64,000 bases of DNA from Ramazzottius varieornatus (Eukaryota; Animalia; Tardigrada), in contig BDGG01000002.1 in NCBI GenBank assembly GCA_001949185.1, forward strand, positions 434,001 to 498,000. Reading direction: 5' to 3'. Under the pieces are notes generated by a model. That model ran no database searches. It worked only from the letters and a program-made list of their open reading frames with translations, and was not told the origin of the DNA. The translations under genes and the position numbers were made by a program. This document shows positions 36,926 through 49,694 of the stretch, one piece after another. Positions within the stretch are counted from its first letter, which is position 1; every line of letters starts with the position of its first letter.

Positions 36926-39900
36926 GCTTACTCAACTCCTGAAAAAAAAGAAAACCCAACTGTGAAATGTAACCCAATGCACAACCTTCCGAGTAAAGTC
37001 ATGGTTCGAGCATCGGCAGCTACATGCTGTCACATGCTCATTTCAGTTGAAGACAGCATAAAAACCATACTCACTGTCGAGACGGGTGCACTTACCAAAC
37101 CAAACTAATCAGTCAATCAAAGAAGATTTCACGTTGTCAGATACGCTCTTTACCAAATCCAATCCACCTGTCAGAAAAAAACAAAGAAATGAGCTTTCCT
37201 TCATCGACCTTCAGCAAACTTAATGACAAACAATGAGCTGTGCTTGTTAGCTCGACCTAAGCAGGCAAGAGATGAGCGAAATAAACGAAGAGAAGCGAAA
37301 GTAAATAAACATGCGGAAAGCGTGCCAAACAAGGCCACTCTGATAATGTCAAGAATGCTTCTGACATTCGTCAGCCATAATCAACCATGTCGCTTGACTC
37401 TTCATATCATGATCATTCCAACCACACATTTCAGCAATAAAACAACGGTAGAAGAACAAAAACGTACGTCGTTACATCGGACGCTTGTCGACCTTGGCAA
37501 TGTTACAAAAAGTTTCAATATATCGGTGGTGATCGTTTGATTGATTACCTGTGTTTCCACATAATCCAGTTCAAAATTCGCTCGCGCCGAAGGTGGCTTC
37601 AGTGAGCTCCGTTCGGCGCCTCCAGAAGCCAGGATCTGCAGTCAGTACTCGGAGGCGCGGGATGACTTGCTCGATCCTCACACATACTGATTTTTCAGAA
37701 AGCAGAGACCGACTAGTTGAGCACCAAGACGCCAATTGTCACTTGACACCAGTGACTACATCATTTGTCCAACGCTGCTGCAGGTCGAAGCTCTGCCATG
37801 TCATATTACCAAACATATTACTACCTTAGGTCGTGTCATGCTGAATGCTGAAATGTCAGACGGTGTCGCTGCTGTCGTTGTCCCACTGAAGAATGGGCAG
37901 TGGGCAAGCCGTCTCAGTGTGGTACGTCATCGCGAGCCTCTATCAAACTGCTCTGAGAACTCGATAACGGGTAATTTAACTGCAGCGATTTTTCAGAAAA
38001 CTAGTAGACGCGATATGAAAATTAGTAATAAAGTAATGGTCAAGACTGGTACAGTGGGCATGTTCGGTGCAACATCTCATCGATGCTTCGCATGGCGAAG
38101 TCTCCCCATTGTAATTTTTTATGAATTAGTCTGCCGGCCCATGCGACTTTGAATCGACAGCTCGCTTGCCCGCTGTTTTTCCAGCCTTTTCAGCCTGCTA
38201 ATTTGATGGAGACAAGTTATTCGACATCGAAAGTTGAAGGATACGCGATACCTGGTTTACTTACTGTACTTCTCACGTCTGTGAGAATACACTTTGTATC
38301 AGACTAATTTTTGTGATCATCTCGGGCTCGATAATTTGGCTGATCAGCTATACGTATACGGCTGATCACTTCCCAGTGTTAGGCTCTGAAAAACACATCT
38401 GCGAGAAAGGTCACTCCGGACACCGCTGCCTTAACACTTAAAAGACCAAGGGGGTACCCCGGTTGCCTGGCGCACCCCAAAAGCCTTCCGGGATGGCTTC
38501 TGTTGAAGCTTTTCGTCTCAAATTTTTAGAATGCTTTCACAAACTTTGTCTCTTCCAGTTAGAAAAGACGTGAGCTGCCTAGCAGCTCTCTGAAAATTTC
38601 GAGAGAGCTTAACCAGATTTTGTCTTCAGTTGACAGACGAAATTTTTACTTGAGAGCTGGCTGACGGAAATCCTGCTTAAAAATTGGACACAAAGCTAGT
38701 ACATTGGTACCGTCTTAGAAGCTTCAGTATGTTCCATGCTGTGTGACCAGTGGTGAGAGCAAATTCAAAAATGTCTAGCACTCTGGTTCACTCAGTGGCG
38801 CATTTTCCCCGAAAATGCGAAGCGTACATGCGGTGATTGGCCCGATCTGACCCTACCCCATGATTTCAGCTAGTTTAAAAATGGGGAAGGTGGTTTAACC
38901 CCCTTGTACCCCAAGAGCTCGGAATTGCGAGGTCTTTTAACTGTTAATTCGTAACGACCTGCGGCACAAAGGTGAGGAACCTCCGTCCGTCTTTGCGCAC
39001 GTCTGTCGTCTGTGTCTGCAGTTTACCTGCCATAACCGACGTAAATTTTTCATCAACAAAACATTTAGTGCGGGCCTGGATCTGAACATCTCATTACCCT
39101 TGGCTGGAATGTGCGCTGGAATTCCGTGCAGCCGGCGTTCAATTGATTCCCGGCAACTTCTGCATCCCCCGGTTATAGGTTCGCCATTCACCGCACCAGC
39201 AGTTTCATTAGTGTAAATGTCAAAGGGTACGTACAACATTTCTCATCAGGCAAAAGATGTCCACGTGGAATACACATGTATGGTTGTCAGTCTAAAGTAC
39301 CAAGAGCAATGTCACCTTACGTTTCTCGAACAGGAAACTACCCAGAATCAAAGTTGTTTCGTTCGAACTTGCATGGTTGGTACTGTATGCGTTTCATCAT
39401 TGGTGTAGCCGATCGGCGTACAGCATTTCTGTCCCTTTCGTCCCACCATTGCCTCTGTTGTGGTTGTATTAAGTTAGCGTTGTACAATGGCGTACGTTTC
39501 TGTGCCAGCAAGCACGGCGCACAGACGACACGGCCAACAATTTGGGGAAGTTGCACAGAGAGAAACGCACGGCTGAGCTTGCCAGACTGCTGTATGGGTC
39601 AGCAGTTTGCGGCAGTATGGAAAGCTCTTCCAGGCACCAGTCCAAACATTGCGAGCATGTATCAGTCAGAGCGATCAAACGATCTGTTACGAGCTCTTCT
39701 ACGTCACCCTACACAGCCATCAGGCGTGCTGATACGTCACGATTTAAAAATCCAGTCAAAAAGTGAGCCTATAACAAGCGCCTATAATCATTGGGTGTCA
39801 CTTACTCTTTCGTCAAGTAGAACCGCTTCACGGCGGAGGGACCACGTTGTACTTACAGTTCAAAGACCTGCTGCGAGCTCTCCACCATATTATCTTTGCT

Positions 39901-40574
39901 CCCGTTTCAGGGAACTTATCACAATTGACGCAGCTGGACGTAATCGAGGTTCACGCCGCCGCAACGTATGCATGCATGATCCGCATTCAGATTACTTTTG
40001 TAGTTTTTACGTGTACGAATGAGATGCCTACCTCTTGTTTCGCTTACTGATCTGCATAGGTATTACTTGAGAGCGCGTCGAATTCAGTTCGGAGAACCAT
40101 ATAGATAACTGTAACGAAGACCAATACGGTCAAAAGGACTACTGCAGTCTAAGCCACAAAAGGAAGGATTAGAAACCAGGTAGAGAACGTGAACCATAGC
40201 CTTCAAGAGGTCGATTGTCCCTGGCATGCGAAGGGGTAGATCAGTGAGGTAGTGAGAGCTACCAGAACGCCGACATTGGGATAGAGCAATGATCAGCGCC
40301 CAATCTGTGATAGTCGACGTCGGTTGTCCGCATTTAATTGGCGGAGACGCCTTTGGCACTCGACGTTATAAGAGCCACAACCGTTGGAGGGTTACTACGA
40401 ATGAACCATCTGATCTGAGGTGGTACCGGCGGAATGGCTTTCCTGGATTCGTATGATCGGATAGTAGAATGTCGCTCTTCGCTGGAAACAGCCACGTCCG
40501 CAGAAGGCAGTTGGGTAGTCGTCGTCGTGGTAGCGGCTCTTGTAGCTGCAACGGAGAATACATAAGACCTGAGC

Positions 40575-40832
40575 AAACCAACTCGACAGGATTGGTTTTT
40601 CCAAGTGGTGCACATGTCCAGTAAAGACCATCGAAAACGTGCGCCAGGTGAAAGAGAAACTCGACAGGATCTTTCCTTCAGTGGCGCAAGCTTCCAATTA
40701 ATCACACGGTAGACATGCACCACTTGAAAAGACAGTCAAACTGGAACAGATTGTTTGCCCAAGGTGGCGCACGTTTTCGAGCAATAATATCGAAAACCTG
40801 CGCCGCTTAGAAAGGCAATCTTCTCTAGCTTG
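40575..40832. repeat. Palindromic module array, 3 units
   Basis: Arms at 40601, 40639, 40677, 40715, 40760, 40798; all inner spacers 25 nt. Confidence 0.85.
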
Positions 40833-41561
40833 TTATCCGAGCTTCTGTTCGGAGAGAAGGTACAACTTACTGGTCAAGGGAGAAAGGGAATCCGACGATG
40901 AAAAAAGACCGGTTAAGGGATATCGGCGGTACAAAAAGGCTTCGCTACTCGGTTTCCATAAAAGCAGAACGATCACCGTGTAAAGCAGCAACTCCGTGGT
41001 CGAGTTCGTTCTGACAGAGCAACACTTGCACGAACCGGCTTCCTTCAGATCCGCCATGGCCCACTTTGAAGGACAAAGTGATAAACAGACGTCAACCGGG
41101 ACAACGAAAAGCTGGTGAACGAGGTTAAGATCTTGATGAAAACAGGAGTTAAGAAACAGGGTCGCGAGGAAGAATGGCATCATCATGAGTCTTGAGAAAA
41201 TACCGGGGCACTTAAATACTAACGTTATCATCGCCTGGAGCGTCGAAACGATCAGTGCGTTCGCATCCGGGCCTCACCTGAAGACCAGCGAGGTCCCTTT
41301 TATTGTAATGCGAGACGGCTAATTGCCTACGAGACGTCAAATGAGACAATTACCACGGATCACTGCTTTGCGTCTTCCTTCGTTATCCTTCACTTGAAGC
41401 GTAGGTATCCCAGGTGTCACTGATCACTTTTCCCCTCACATTACTACCTGCTGCCACAGGTGGCCGGAGAGGTCACAAAAGTAACCTGAAAATAGGCAAG
41501 GTCAGAGTCACGAGCCCCAGTAAAGGTTGGGTCAAATATTACGCCTCAGGAAGAAGCCGCG

Positions 41562-42145
41562 CTAAGCTCTTTTTCATCTACCGATGGGTGCTACTTTCAG
41601 CTTCCTGGCCAATCCGTCCAACATTTCTTATGGATTCTTTCACGGCCATAGTTTTTAGTTCGCGAGGCGGGTCAACTTGGCCGTTTTAGAAAAGTTAAGA
41701 TCAGCTTTCGATCATCCCGCTACGAGGGANNNNNNNNNNNNNNNNNNNNNNNNNNNNNNNNNNNNNNNNNNNNNNNNNNTTGCGCCATGAGTACAAAATC
41801 AGGTAATCAATGACACGCTGGGCTAACCGTGTGCGATACTGCACATTCATGCTCGACTGATTGACAGCTGACCGTTGATTGGCCGGTCTTCCGCGTGCTC
41901 ACTACCCGGGACGGATTCACGCGTACGACCGTGTGGAGGATCGTACATACTGAGGATCAGAGATCCTATCAGTTGATCTTCCCCTGTAGCTGGATGATCG
42001 AAAGCTGATCTTGACTTTCTAAAACGGCCAAGTTGACCCGCCTCGCGAACTTAGAACTATGGCCGTAAAAGAATCCATAAAAGGTGTTGGATGGGCTGGC
42101 CAGGAGGCTGAAAGTAGCACCCATCGGTAGATGAAACAGAGCTTA
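41562..42145. mobile_element. Foldback/MITE with about 165-bp TIRs spanning an assembly gap
   Basis: 41562-41729 is the reverse complement of about 41980-42145; outer ends TA-agctct / agagct-TA. Confidence 0.75.
41730..41779. other. Assembly gap (50 N)
   Basis: Run of N. Confidence 1.
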
Positions 42146-42387
42146 TATCGGTCAATCAGGCTAGGGCATTAAAACTTGTAATACCGGAAAATTTCATGCT
42201 GGCAGAAACCGGGGTACAAATGAGTTTCACAGCCTTCTAACTGGCTGGAAACAAAATAAAGGCGTGTACAGACCAATCACGGTGCTCCCCCATGAAGTTG
42301 CGAATGTTAATGCGCAAAACCAACGTAATGTTCCGCCACATGACCGGGGTACGCCAATGTATTTCATTTTATTTTTCGCTACACTTA

Positions 42388-43671
42388 TCAGGTGATAAGG
42401 TATGACTTGTCGGCCACCAACATAAAATCTTATTACAACTTTCCCCAGTTTGAATCTAATCCTTTTCAATCGAAGTATTCACCATTACTATCGACACACT
42501 TTTGCCATTTTTCCGGTAGACAAGATAGGCCTTTACGGAAGAACTCGAGAGAAAGAGAACCGGCGAAGTTCTCGAAGGCACTTTTCACAGCTTCTTCGGA
42601 ATTAAATTTTCTTCCTCTCAAAAAGTTATCAAAATTCAAAAAGAAGTGATAATCTGTTGGAGCTAAGTCAGGACTGTATGATGGATGAGGAAGAGTTTCC
42701 AGACCGAGCTCGCGTAATTTGGCAGAAGTCTTTTTCGCGGAGTGAGCTTTTGCGTTGTCGTGTAGCAGCAGGGGCTTGTCACGATTGACCAACTTTGGTT
42801 GCTTGACGGTCAGCTTCTTCATCATTTCCTCCAGTTACAGAGAGTAGTAGTCTGCTACTATTGTTTTGCCAGGAGGAAGAAAGTCATAGTGCACTATCTC
42901 TTCCATTGTCCACCAAACAGTAACCATGATCTTGCGTTGGTGAGGCTCAGGCTTTGGAATAGTTTTCGGGACTTCACCTGGGCTCAAAATTACCTTCTTC
43001 CGCTTCCGGTTGTTGTAAAGAATCCACTTCTCATCACACGTAACAATTCGATGTAGGAAAGGTTCGTTTCTGGAACGGTTGAGGAGAGAAAGACACACGT
43101 CCACACGATGCCTTTTCTGGAGTGCGCTAAGTTCATGAGGTACCCACTTTTCCAACTTTTTCACCTTACCGATCTGACGAAGGTGCAAATCGATAGTCAC
43201 GGGTGATACGTTGAAGTGTTAAGACAATACGGCAGACGTTTGGGAAGGATCGGACTCCACCAGCTTTCTCAGCTCGTCGGTATTCGCTTTCAGTTTTGGC
43301 CTTCCGTGAGGGTGATCTTCGAGACTGAAATCTCCCGAACGGAAACGAGCATACCATCGTTCCACCGTACGTTCGTTAGTGGCGTCTTCACCAAACACAT
43401 TGTTGATATTCCGGGCTGTCTGTGCTGCGTTGGTGCCGCGACGAAATTCATACTCGAAAATAGTCCGTAACTTGCTCTTGTCCATGGCGCGCCAATAACT
43501 CCACAGAGAGGGCAGAAGCAACAAACTAACATAAACGAAGCAGCGAAAGATAGTAGACGAACACTAGCATCGACACAAAAAAAACGAGACGAAACGATCG
43601 CGCTAAAAGAGAGATATGGATTTTTCAATGTGAGACTGGTGTGAGCCGACAAGTCATACCTTATCACCTGA
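42388..43671 (-). mobile_element. Mariner (DD34D, cecropia/Hsmar1-like) element, 1284 bp
   Basis: 27-bp perfect TIR tcaggtgataaggtatgacttgtcggc with TA TSDs. Confidence 0.95.
42466..43485 (-). pseudogene. Mariner transposase with two in-frame TAA stops, no frameshift
   Basis: MDKSKLRTIFEYEF, WVPHEL, VTCDEKW, LLHDNA, YSPDLAPTDYH in one frame; stops at 43221-43219 and 42837-42835. Confidence 0.92.
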
Positions 43672-43894
43672 TATTTCGATTTCTTCTTGCTGCAATCTAA
43701 ACAAACAACACTCCGCTTTGTTAATCTGTGCGCTGCACAAACCTGAACGTTACATGAGCCACAAAAAATCATCGTTCTCATTTTCATGATATCATTTTCA
43801 TGATACTTTCATGACCTCTTCAGCCACCACTGCCTGCTGCCATGCACTGCGCACTTCTGGGATAAATTCAGAAGCATCGCAAACACAGGTACGG

Positions 43895-44050
43895 AATTGT
43901 GTCCCCATGTGGCGCACGTTTACTGTTCTATAGGCTGAGAGATCCGCCACTTGGTAAACAAATCTTAGCGAGCTATCTTTCACAAGCGGCGCAGTTTTGC
44001 AGTGCTACTGGCTGGAAAAGTGCGCCAGTTGGAAAACGATCTTGAGGACT
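43895..44050. repeat. Palindromic module array, 2 units
   Basis: Arms at 43905, 43942, 43982, 44020. Confidence 0.8.
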
Positions 44051-44091
44051 GTTCACCGGCCTTCCGTTTATCACGTTAGATGGGCCGATTC

Positions 44092-45375
44092 GCAGTGGTG
44101 GGCTAAGGGCCTGACTTTGCCTGGGAACGTAATTCCGTAATTCCAAAATCTATAACTATTTTAATCATTTTTCAACAAATATTTTCAAATTACCGTACAT
44201 GAGCACGACAGTAAAATACACGCTAAAAATCCGTAGAATCGTTCGGCAGTTACGTACAGTCTAAACAACATCTTATGGGGGGATAAGTGTGTGGACCTCA
44301 TTTTCAAATCTGGCGACTTTTGAACCAGAGGTGTAACCTCTAAATTAAAACCCAAGTTACAAACAAAGAGAGCAGACTGAAATTTTTAACATGTTGCTAC
44401 AAACAACATTCAAAACGTACTTCTAGGGGAATGGAAAAAACGCGACAAAACATAGCAAAACATGACTTGGCTGATCGCACAAACGAGCGGAACGACAAAT
44501 GATGCGCGAAGCTGGGGCATTTTTGGGAAAAGCGGCTACGCAAATCGAGCAAACCGTTCAGCATAGTTCGACCCTAGGACCGCTAAGGGTTACGGCCGTC
44601 TGTGACGGCTGTCTGTGACTCAATCCGCAGCTTTTATGATATAGCCGCATGCCATATGAAGCTGTCCGGAGACTGCGCTTGCATTTTTCTGGGCCTCGTG
44701 TCGCAGTTACACGTGTGGTTTCAATGAGTATGTCAATTCTAATGTGATAAGTATTTTGATCGCCAGTCTCCATCCAAGCCTCAAATGCTGGTCAAATTAA
44801 GTGTCACTGACGTCGTGACCGAACATGAATCTAAAACGAGCTGGATTTCTTCTGTTTTGAAACATCGTATTCTGGCTCCATCTGTACGGGGTTATCTTAT
44901 ACATAACACGAAACGGAAAGCGTCGTGAGAGCGTGGTAATCAATGTGATGTATTTGCGGAAAAAATGAGCCGTGGTTACTGCAAAGTCGTACGGCCGCGC
45001 ACGCTTGGGATATATAGTTAGAATCAACAATCAAGGTAGACGTACGGCCTTATTCACCGGTGTGGGAAAGTCCCACGCGATCCGAAATGGATATTGCGAA
45101 ATGGGAAAATGTAAGTCACGCCGACAAACGCTGCCGCAGCACCTGTAAGACGTTCTCCTGATCTGGGAGTCGGTCGATCGACCCGTGAACCGCCTTACAT
45201 TTTTTGAAATTTATTCTTAGTATTAATCGTAATTTCCGCCCCAATTAGCGTTCCCGGTCTTCCCAGGTGAACGTTCCCGGTCCTAATTCTTGGGTGGGAT
45301 TTTCGCGTTACTGTAGTTCTAGACTCGTTTGGGTGGGAATATTCCCGGTATTCCCAGCCTTAGTCCACCAGGTGT
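44092..45375. mobile_element. Possible degenerate non-autonomous hAT-like element
   Basis: Ends tggtgg(g/a)ctaagg in inverted orientation; flanks gccgattc / gccgatcc; subterminal gggaa/ttccc motifs. Confidence 0.45.
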
Positions 45376-45432
45376 GCCGATCCACCCTAGTGTAATAGAA
45401 TCCCACCGTATTTGCAGGAGTCCGCTAACCCA

Positions 45433-46858
45433 TCTTTACTAATGAGTAACAGGAGGCCGAGCAAAGCCAGGCCCTTTTCAGTCTGTCGAGATATCAATGG
45501 ACGATCATATTGTTCGAGCTTTCAGATATCGCAACCTCTGTACTGAAAACAAATGCGTAACTTGATCCGGGCAACAGAAAATTTTTACTCGCAACTGCAA
45601 CGTAACGCAGTAGAGATGTGTGGCCTACTGTATTACCTCCGATAATTTATGTACGTCACTAATACGTTTTCTACAGAAACACACATGCTGAGTTTGCGAT
45701 AGCTGACTTGCTGAAAGGGCTATAATGTCCCTGGAGTCAATCAAGAAGGTGAATCAATCGCGCAAAGCTGTAGCGACTCATGTCCGGTACTGATGCCAGT
45801 GAATCACCTGTTGAGTCAGAGACTTCTATCACAGACTTCCATCACACACCGTGAAGTTAGAGTTTCCTGAGATCGAAGAGGGATGTTTGAAGTTCCTGAA
45901 GTGGGCCCGAAGCAAGCGCATACCTAACCGTCCTGTTTTCCTCCGAAACGCTGCCACTTTCATTGCCTCTTCCCTGGGAACTGCCAGCTTCAAGTGCACC
46001 AACGGATGTACGAGAAGTTCACCAAAAGAAACGATATAAACCTGAAACGCCTTCATGGTAAATCCTTCAAGAAATTAAAGAAATTATCGACGTTCAAAGA
46101 TTATCCACTTTTACAAACTCACTCATATTTTCAGGCGAGGAATCCAGTAAAGACTTGGTCGCTGTTGGAAAGTGGTTCCTGGATGATCTGCTGAAGATAC
46201 TTCTCAACATCGACCCGAAAAACCTCAATGCGGATGAGACTGGACTGAGGTGGCCAAATGTGGGGATTTGGTCGTTGGTCATTGGTGGAAAGCAAGAAAC
46301 TGGTTTATAGACTGGTTTTAAATAGTTTTAAACGTCATCTTTGCCAGCGTGTCTTTGAAAGAATTCCCATTGTAAACGGAGTCGAAGATTTTGTGAAGGG
46401 GCCGACGAAATTCGATGCAGTAAACTGGTCGATCGAAGCCTGGAAAGATGTTAAACCCTCCGCAGTCGTGAACTGTTTTCACAGATGGCAAGTGAGAAGT
46501 GACAAGACGCTCATTCGGAAGTTCCTGCAGTTGTTCCTAGTACAAATTCTTCTGCCGCTCTGTTAGTTGTGCAGAATCTGGTTAGTTTTGATGATGAATC
46601 GGTCTAATTTGTCGAACTTCTCGTAGTTTTACCTCTTGTCTGAGTCTCCCGCTTCTTATGATATATGTCTCCGTACGATAAAAGAACTGAAATGACGTAC
46701 TCCATTGACGTAGAAGAGATTTCGGCTTGATTTATCGCAAACTTCATTACAAGAGAGATAGCTGTGACGTACATAAATTATCGGAGGTAATACAGTATAA
46801 TCTTTTGCCTCCTTTGCTCGGCCTTCCCAGTGGTCAGAAGTTCAGAACCACTAGCTAG
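45433..46858 (+). mobile_element. Non-autonomous Helitron-like element (copy 2) interrupted by a pogo-like transposon
   Basis: A|TCTTTACTAAT 5' end, hairpin plus CTAG|T 3' end; both halves align to 9681-9885. Confidence 0.75.
45628..46795 (+). mobile_element. Internally deleted pogo/Tigger-like DNA transposon
   Basis: 32-bp perfect TIR ctgtattacctccgataatttatgtacgtcac, TA TSDs; CENP-B-type HTH remnant (FPEIEEGCLKFLKWARSKRIP..FKCTNG..LHG) and NADETGL. Confidence 0.88.
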
Positions 46859-47014
46859 TTAGCCAAAGTTCGTGCGTGTACCTATACTAAACTCAGTCCG
46901 ATTCTTTACTTTTTCTTCGGGAAGTATTTAGTGCCAAAATCCGCCGCAGCTGGCGTCAAGCTTACGAAGATGTGGGTTTTTCCCCGATATCGTTTAGATG
47001 ATTTTGAAGTTGAG

Positions 47015-49094
47015 TTAGTGGTTGGTGAAGGTCGATTTGAAGCGGTCGGCTAGGCCAGCCAGGTCTTCGCGAGCCAGGTTCTTGGCCATCCAAGCGTTCA
47101 CCTTGTCATTCATCTCGGGTGTGAGATGCTCTTTCCAGCCTCCGGGCGTGCCTAGGTGAGAAAATCGAATCATTCGGTCTAGTTGCGGAAGATGATTACC
47201 CGCAGAATTTCGACTAAAAGAGCAACGATTAATTATACCGCAGCGCAGAAAGGGTGAAATATCGTGGTTGTAGATTCCAGAAACATGCTTATCGTATCGA
47301 TTAGTTTTCGGGTTGGCTTTCATTTGCTCGAACGAACAGTGATATTCCAAGCTCTTCACTTGTTCTTCCGTCAGATCTTTGGCCAGGAACTTGCCCAGCT
47401 CCTTCACTGTATCGCGAAAATTCTGAAGACAAATCTACTGTACAAACTGGGCGACGGTGAACGTTGGCGGGCTGAGTCGACCTTACTTCCGAAAGTTGTT
47501 CGAAACTGAGGATGAACATGTTGGGGTCGTTTCGCAGCTTCCAGTAACTGGCCAAATGGTCAAAGTAAGGTCCGTATACAATGCGGTCTTCCACGAAGGC
47601 GTTGACCATCTCCATCAGGTCCGCGTTGTAGTTGGAAAGCACACGTGAGATGAAGTGGAAGTATAGGGTGACCATGATATCTTTCGGGTTTCGAATATGG
47701 TACACAATCTACAACGTAAAAAAACACCCACGTCTTTCGTGAATTTTGTAAAACGGTGCTTCCGAATGGCGCACGATTTCAGCCACTAACGCTGGAAACG
47801 CACGCCATTTGCGTGAACATTCAAACCGGTCAATATCATTTGGCGAAGTGACGCATCCTTTCAGCCATCCAAACTGTATACATGCGCCACTTGCCAAAAC
47901 ACTCGAACTGGACTAATCGCTTTTCTGATTCGCGCATATTTTCGGCCTACAACACCGAGATAGTGCGTCAATTGGAAAACAGTCTTTTCCTGGTTGTCCA
48001 CCGACTTCCGAGTCACGTCGATTCTTCTCGTATTACCTTGGCTTTGTTCTTGAAGAGACTTGGAGCAGCTGCGCCTGCACCCAGATGAGTGAAGAAAAGT
48101 CGCGGACCACTTTGGGCGTTGAGGACGTCCAGCGACCTGGGTCCCTGCTCGTTGGCCGGTGTGCAGAACTCGAAGAAGCGGACCTTCAGTTCCAAGTTTT
48201 CCCCTTCCGTCAAAAACTTGCTGTCACAGTTGTTGAGCATCATGCCCAGAATGGCCGACAGCCGCGAGGAACCTTCGTAACAGACAGGCTATTTGTGGAG
48301 TGAGGTACTCGAAGCATGCCAGTACAGTCAGCCGCTTCCGGCTGTTTCAACGATTCGATACTTTTATCGGAAAAGAATTTACCTGATTTAGGGAAGCCGC
48401 ATATCGCTATGTCAGTAGGACGGGCGACGAAAGCATCAACATCCGGTTGACACAGGTAGAAAGGAAAGTGAGTGTTGGTTCCCTTGTAACGCTTTCTGCA
48501 ATGTCATGTACCGACTCATCAGAAAAGTGGGAAGTAGTCACATAAATTCGACAAGGTTGCTTTTCTCGAGTAGCGCACGCTTTCGGAGACTGACGCCGGG
48601 TATGTGCGCCTCCTGGGAAAACAGGCAAATTCGATAAGAACATTTACTCAAGTGGCGCACGATCTCACCCAGCAACACCGTATAGGTGCGTCACTTTGAA
48701 AACCAGCAAACTTGATAAGATGGCTCATCCAAGTGGCGCACTCCTTCATCCTGTAACCCTGAAAACCTGCGCCACTATTTAAATCAATCTTGTCGGGTTT
48801 AGCTGCGAGCAGGCAAATACTCGCAAAACATGACGGCTCCTGACACAAACCGGTAATTTATCGCGAGAGTGCTCCTCAGTAATGAGGCTCGTGGCTTCTC
48901 AAGACACCGTGGCTTCTCAAGACTCGTACTCACATGTAATCAGGATGATGATATCCGATTGCTGTTTTTGCATACGATTCTCGGTTGTCCTTGTTGACCA
49001 ATTCCGCATTCAGATGGTACTTCTTGTCGAAATTACCCGATGTTGGCTGGTACGATGCTGCCGAAGAGTCAGTTTTCTCATCAGTGGCCACCAT
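47015..49094 (-). CDS. Cytosolic sulfotransferase (SULT1-like), multi-exon
   Basis: RPTDIAICGFPKSG, PRLFFTHL, YHIRNPKD, YGPYFDHLASYW, HCSFEQMKANP, FLRCGTPGGWKEHLT. Confidence 0.9.
47745..47990. repeat. Palindromic module array, 3 units (sulfotransferase intron)
   Basis: tggcgcac..cacgccattt; aagtgacgca..tgcgccacttg; cgcgca..gtgcgtcaattgg. Confidence 0.8.
48545..48800. repeat. Palindromic module array, 3 units (sulfotransferase intron)
   Basis: Three arm pairs, bounded by aaattcgacaagg and aatcttgtcgggttt. Confidence 0.85.
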
Positions 49095-49356
49095 CGTCGA
49101 GATAGTATCCGAATGGAGGGCACAATCTGTGCGAGGTACCGGTACAGTGAAAATGAATGTCAAGGTGTCGTTATACTTGAATCTTTTTGTATGGACTTTG
49201 GTTCAGTCTCTGAAAGTTCCCTCAGCGGGCATTCTGTAAGTGGCGGATCCGGAACATGACCACGTGCCTGGGAGCGACAGTCTGACTTTTGTTAGTAATC
49301 TAACTTCGGGCGCGATACCTGAAGCTGTCCTCGGCCTACGGGCTTGCACGCTTACA

Positions 49357-49470
49357 TAAATTCGTCAAGATCGTTTTGGCCGGTGGCGCACGCTTTCGGC
49401 CAACAACACTGAAGTTGTGCGCCACTTGGGAAACAAACTTGGCAAGATTATCAAACCAAGTGGCGCACCT
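49357..49470. repeat. Palindromic module array, 1.5 units
   Basis: ggtggcgcac..gtgcgccacttgg..ccaagtggcgcac. Confidence 0.8.
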
Positions 49471-49694
49471 GTGAATTGTTGTTTGCCGGAGACATCGGAA
49501 AACCACCTGGCGATTCAGATTTCATTTTTACTCGGAGTCAGTCATACGGAGCATGGGCGAACAAATTTATTCGACGTCAAAATTTTGACAACCCCAATAT
49601 AACAAGGAATCCACTACACAAAAATCTGATAAAACTTTGAAAATCCGGACAACGCAATCAACAAAAACACGAAGCAAGAAGTTTTCCTCGTAAG

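Noticed and set aside
38438-38940. TTAA-flanked Kolobok/piggyBac-like element
   Set aside because: Only a 6-bp inverted end (aagacc/ggtctt); too weak to call.
39276-40022. 248-aa ORF upstream of alpha-catenin, and the many 60-200 aa antisense ORFs
   Set aside because: No motifs and non-coding-like composition; most short ORFs are shadows of real exons or repeats.
40575-40832. Palindromic arrays as CRISPR or integron attC arrays
   Set aside because: Eukaryotic intron-rich context, no cas or integrase gene, spacers homologous to each other, arrays only 1-3 units.
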